In this document: positions 53,001 to 64,000 of the stretch, piece by piece
How positions within the stretch are numbered: the stretch's first letter is position 1
How the letters are laid out: every line of letters begins with the position of its first letter
Origin: Lama glama
Lineage: Eukaryota
NCBI GenBank assembly: GCA_028534125.1
Contig: CM052832.1
Span: forward strand, 16,182,001-16,246,000
Reading direction: 5' to 3'
Length of the DNA: 64,000 bases
Position numbers and translations under genes: made by a program
The notes under the pieces: model-generated
What the model saw: only the letters and a program-made list of their open reading frames with translations
Database searches by the model: none
What the model was told of the DNA's origin: nothing

Positions 53001-53217
53001 GAAGGGAAGCGCGGGTACGACTCTGGGAGGCGCTGTTGTCCCAACATACAGGGTTACCGGAGGCGAGGCCTCTCCCAGCTGAGGTCTTTAGCCTCGCCCC
53101 GGGGTTGCCATGGTTACCTGATTCGCCCCGCAATGAATCGACCTCTACATCCCCTCGTTCCCGCCGCCTCTTCAGTCCAAAGGGCTCCGGGACCAGGCGA
53201 TGCCTCTTCCGGCTCAT
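47088..53217 (-). CDS. STK19: STK19 / WHR1 (RP1, G11), winged-helix transcription-coupled repair factor, 254 aa
   Basis: Exons 53217-53118, 52960-52824, 49013-48918, 48638-48499, 47691-47594, 47482-47335, 47133-47088 (765 nt). MSRKRHRLVPEPFG…LFEDALPPIVLRSQVYSLVPDRTVAD…LVNAGVLTVRDAGSWWLAVPGAG…TTSGTLLRLPET*. Confidence 0.96.
49340..51270 (+). mobile_element. Degenerate L1M-type LINE fragments in an STK19 intron
   Basis: A-rich on +. ORF1-like GAAATTCTAGAACTCAAAAATA…AAGAACTCAATGAATGGGCTT, ORF2-like AGATGAAATTGACAAATTCCTAGAAA and 3'-like TGGATGAATCTCAAAAA. No long ORF. Confidence 0.75.
51632..51817. mobile_element. MER5-family DNA transposon fossil
   Basis: Degenerate terminal inverted repeats CAGTGGATCTCAAA…TTTGAGAAAGACTG with an internal CTGGTGATTCTG. 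Confidence 0.6.
52040..52730 (+). mobile_element. L2 LINE fragments
   Basis: CACCTCCAACTCAACTTGAACAAAAT…TCCTTGATTCCTCC…CACAGTGCCTGGCACA…TTGCTGAATG. Confidence 0.6.
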
Positions 53218-53740
53218 ATCCCGGGATCTTACTGTACCGGGGAAGAGGTAGCTGTTGAGAGAAGAGAACACGAAAAGAGAGTCTTCCGGCGCAGAGCAGT
53301 GACGTACGGGCTCCGTGGGCGTCCCTCCTGGGAGACCCGTCAGCCCGGTGTTAGTAAAACGACGTGGTGACCAAAGAGGCGTCGACTTGTCATCGCGGGC
53401 CCTTGCTGGGAGGGGCGGTGCCAATGCGAATACCAGCACCACCCGCATTGGCCGAGGCTCCACGGCCGCCGCTGATTGGCTTCGTCCGAGCGCACTCACG
53501 TCCGGGGACGCCCAGGCAGTGAGGAGGGGCGCCGGTGGCCACGTTGAGATCAACCTGCTGGTGTAAAGCGCACAGACCACCCCCCCCCACCTCACCCCAG
53601 AGGAGTTTGCCTGCCACTGTCGCTGAATGATTGCGTCATCGAAAGCTGGAAAACCACCTTGGCATCCCTCTCCCACATCTGACGTACCTGCCATGACGTC
53701 ATAGCTCCGCGAAGGTGGAAGTCGAGGTTGGCAGGCTTTG
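52790..53740. promoter_or_regulatory. CpG island / bidirectional promoter shared by STK19 and DXO
   Basis: High CpG density between head-to-head ATGs (53217 and 53997). Contains ETS CTTCCGG (53283-53289), a GC box near 53412, three CCAAT/ATTGG boxes at about 53420-53480, and a full CRE TGACGTCA (53694-53701). Confidence 0.85.
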
Positions 53741-53996
53741 AGGTAACCAGATCCTTGATCTGAGCCCAAACATCCTTTCTAACCTCACTGCGTTTGGAGG
53801 ACCTGGGGGTGGGGGGATAGGTCAAGGGAAAAGGTGAGATGTGCATCTGGCCATGGTTCTGTTTGAGGAGATGGTGCCTGGTTGTTTCAAGGCCAGAGTC
53901 TGGCCATCAAGAGTCTCACTTAGTCCTGACCTGGAGTCCCCCTTCCTCAGGCCTCCTCTGTAAAAGGGGAACTTACCCAGCCCTTCTCAGGACTTC

Positions 53997-55780
53997 ATGG
54001 AGCCCAGAGGGACCAAGAGAGGAGCTGGAAAAATAGAGGTAGCTGAGCCTCGGAACAAAGTCCCCCGCCCAGCACCCTCACTGCCCACAGACCCTGCCCT
54101 CTACTCTGGACCCTTTCCTTTCTACCGACGCCCTTCTGAACTGGGCTGCTTCTCCCTGGATGCACAACGCCAGTACCATGGAGATGCTCGAGCCTTGCGC
54201 TACTACAGCCCACCCCCCACCAATGGACAAGGACCCAACTTTGACCTCAGAGACGGATACCCAGATCGATACCAGCCCCGGGACGAGGAGGTCCAAGAGA
54301 GGCTGGACCACCTGCTACGCTGGCTCCTGGAGCACCGAGGCCAGCTGGAGGGGTGAGCAAAGCATAGCACACAAGTAGATCTATAGACCTGCACCTGCCC
54401 TCTAAAACTGGGAGAGCCAAAGCTGGAGTGAGCTCAATCCTTAGAAGGAACTTAGGCTATTCTTTGGGGGAGCCATCTGCGCTAATGCTTGTGTCAGATC
54501 TTCAGCCCCTAATTCTTCCCTCTCAGGAGTCCAGACTGGCGCCCAGGGGCCATAGTGACATGGCGGGGGCACCTGACAAAATTGCTGACAACACCGTATG
54601 AGCGGCAGGAGGGCTGGCAGCTGGCAGCCTCCCGGTTCCAGGGGACACTGTACCTGAGTGAGGTAGAGACGCCAGCTGCTCGAGTTCAGAGGCTTACCCG
54701 GCCACCTCTCCTCCGGGAGCTTATGTACATGGGGTACAAGTTCGAGCAGTACATGTGTGCAGGTGAGAGTTGTCCTGGCTCTGGAACGCCCTCCTTTCCC
54801 CAGAGACTGAGAACCCCCAGCCCTACTGATGTTTCTCTCCTTATGCAGACAAACCCGGAGGCTCCCCAGACCCCTCTGGGGAGGTTAACACCAACGTGGC
54901 CTTCTGCTCTGTGCTACGCAGCCGTCTGGGGAACCACCCACTGCTCTTCTCTGGGGAGGTAGACTGCATAGACCCCCAGGCCCCATCCACGCAGCCCCCT
55001 ACCTGCTATGTGGAGCTCAAGACCTCCAAGGAAATGCACAGCCCTGGCCAATGGAAGAGCTTCTACAGGTTCAGGATGAGGGGTGGGGTGGACAAGAGCC
55101 TAGAACTGACAGCTGGGAAAGGGACTTGGATGAGGCTGGAGAAGTCCCACTGACCCCTTGCCTTTCCTGACAGACACAAGCTCCTGAAATGGTGGGCTCA
55201 GTCATTCCTTCCGGGGGTCCCAAATGTCATTGCTGGTTTCCGTAACCCAGAGGGTTTCGTCTGTTCCCTCAAGACCTTTCCTACCATGGAGATGTTTGAA
55301 TACGTCAGGGTAAGGCAATGGTGTCACAGCTCCTGCCCATACTCCCCTGAGCCAAGACCACAGGTCCAGTGTCCAGGGCTGCAGTGCACCTTCCCCTTCT
55401 CCCACCCTCTCCCTCACTGCCAGTCTTCTGCCTCCTGGTCCCTCTCCAGAATGACCGTGATGGCTGGAATCCCTCAGTGTGCATGAACTTCTGTGCTGCC
55501 TTCCTTAGCTTTGCCCAGAACACAGTTGTCCAGGACGACCCCAGGTGAGGCCTTCAGCTCTGCCCCTCCCCTCTGGGTCCCTGAAGCTCGGCCTCCAGTC
55601 CTCAACTCATGACTCCACCTGCCCCCTAGACTCGTCTACCTCTTCTCCTGGGAGCCTGGTGGCCCAGTCACAGTGTCTGAACATCGAGATGCACCGCATG
55701 CCTTTCTACCTACATGGTATGTCGAAGCCATGACCCAGGACCTCCTGTCACCCCCCAAGACACCCTCCCCAAAGGACTGA
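53997..55780 (+). CDS. DXO: Decapping exoribonuclease DXO (DOM3Z), 6 coding exons, 397 aa
   Basis: Exons 53997-54352, 54527-54762, 54849-55068, 55174-55309, 55450-55544, 55630-55780 (1194 nt). Rai1/DXO motifs TWRGHLTK, GYKFE, GEVDC, YVELKTS and KWWAQSFL. Confidence 0.97.
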
Positions 55781-55911
55781 TGCTTCTCAGGGGCTGGTCC
55801 TGTTTCTGTGTGCATAGATAAAGGCATATTCCTAGGTGGTTCTCCCTGCTGTGTCTTTTGAGCTGAGTCATCCCTGCCCAACACCTCAGGTTCACACAGG
55901 TGGTTTGCTGT

Positions 55912-55917
55912 TTTATT
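55912..55917 (-). terminator. SKIV2L polyadenylation signal
   Basis: AATAAA on the minus strand about 24 nt after the stop codon. Confidence 0.7.
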
Positions 55918-55940
55918 GTTACATTTTACACAGGGGTCAT

Positions 55941-63763
<7,823 letters not shown>

Positions 63764-64000
63764 CTGGAAGACAGGGACAGAGAAGGAGAATCGGGGCCAC
63801 TGCCCACTGTTGTACAAGTTGTACGTTAGGTGAACCTAAAGGACATTCACAGCGTAGACGTTGTAGATGGGGATATTTATTGTTACAGTTTTCCAACAGC
63901 TGACAGTAAAGGTTGTTATAGAAGGGGAACCTTTTCCTAATTTGCTCAAAGGCATGGAAGGCCTAGCAAGGACCTGGTGATAGGCCTGGGCCTCTCTTCC

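Noticed and set aside
52834-53769. 311-aa ORF as a separate gene or a long STK19 isoform
   Set aside because: It starts at a non-ATG codon, runs through the GC-rich promoter and reads past the exon donor into intron; only 53217-53118 is supported as coding.

Overview
Mammalian (non-primate, non-rodent; most like an artiodactyl) MHC class III region holding one RCCX module and its neighbours. In order: TNXB (+, 5'-truncated, interrupted by a 500-N gap inside the fibronectin-III repeat array), CYP21A2 (-, 10 exons, 496 aa), complement C4 (-, 41 exons, 1743 aa, short intron 9), STK19/WHR1 (-, 254 aa), DXO (+, 397 aa) and SKIV2L/SKIC2 (-, 5' part beyond the window). I placed all exon boundaries by hand using GT-AG sites and reading-frame continuity. 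The repeats I recognised are old (MIR, L2, L1M, MER5). I found no convincing new biological system; this is a well-studied locus. The best leads are in TNXB: a 756-nt proline-rich/FnIII cassette exon, a 33-nt candidate microexon, a strong orphan acceptor leading to a stop, two RGD motifs, and a shifted start for the short isoform. Also notable are the frameshifted remnant of the disputed human STK19 N-terminal extension and a C/EBP-STAT motif cluster 3' of C4. Comparisons to human and other species are from memory and need checking by alignment.
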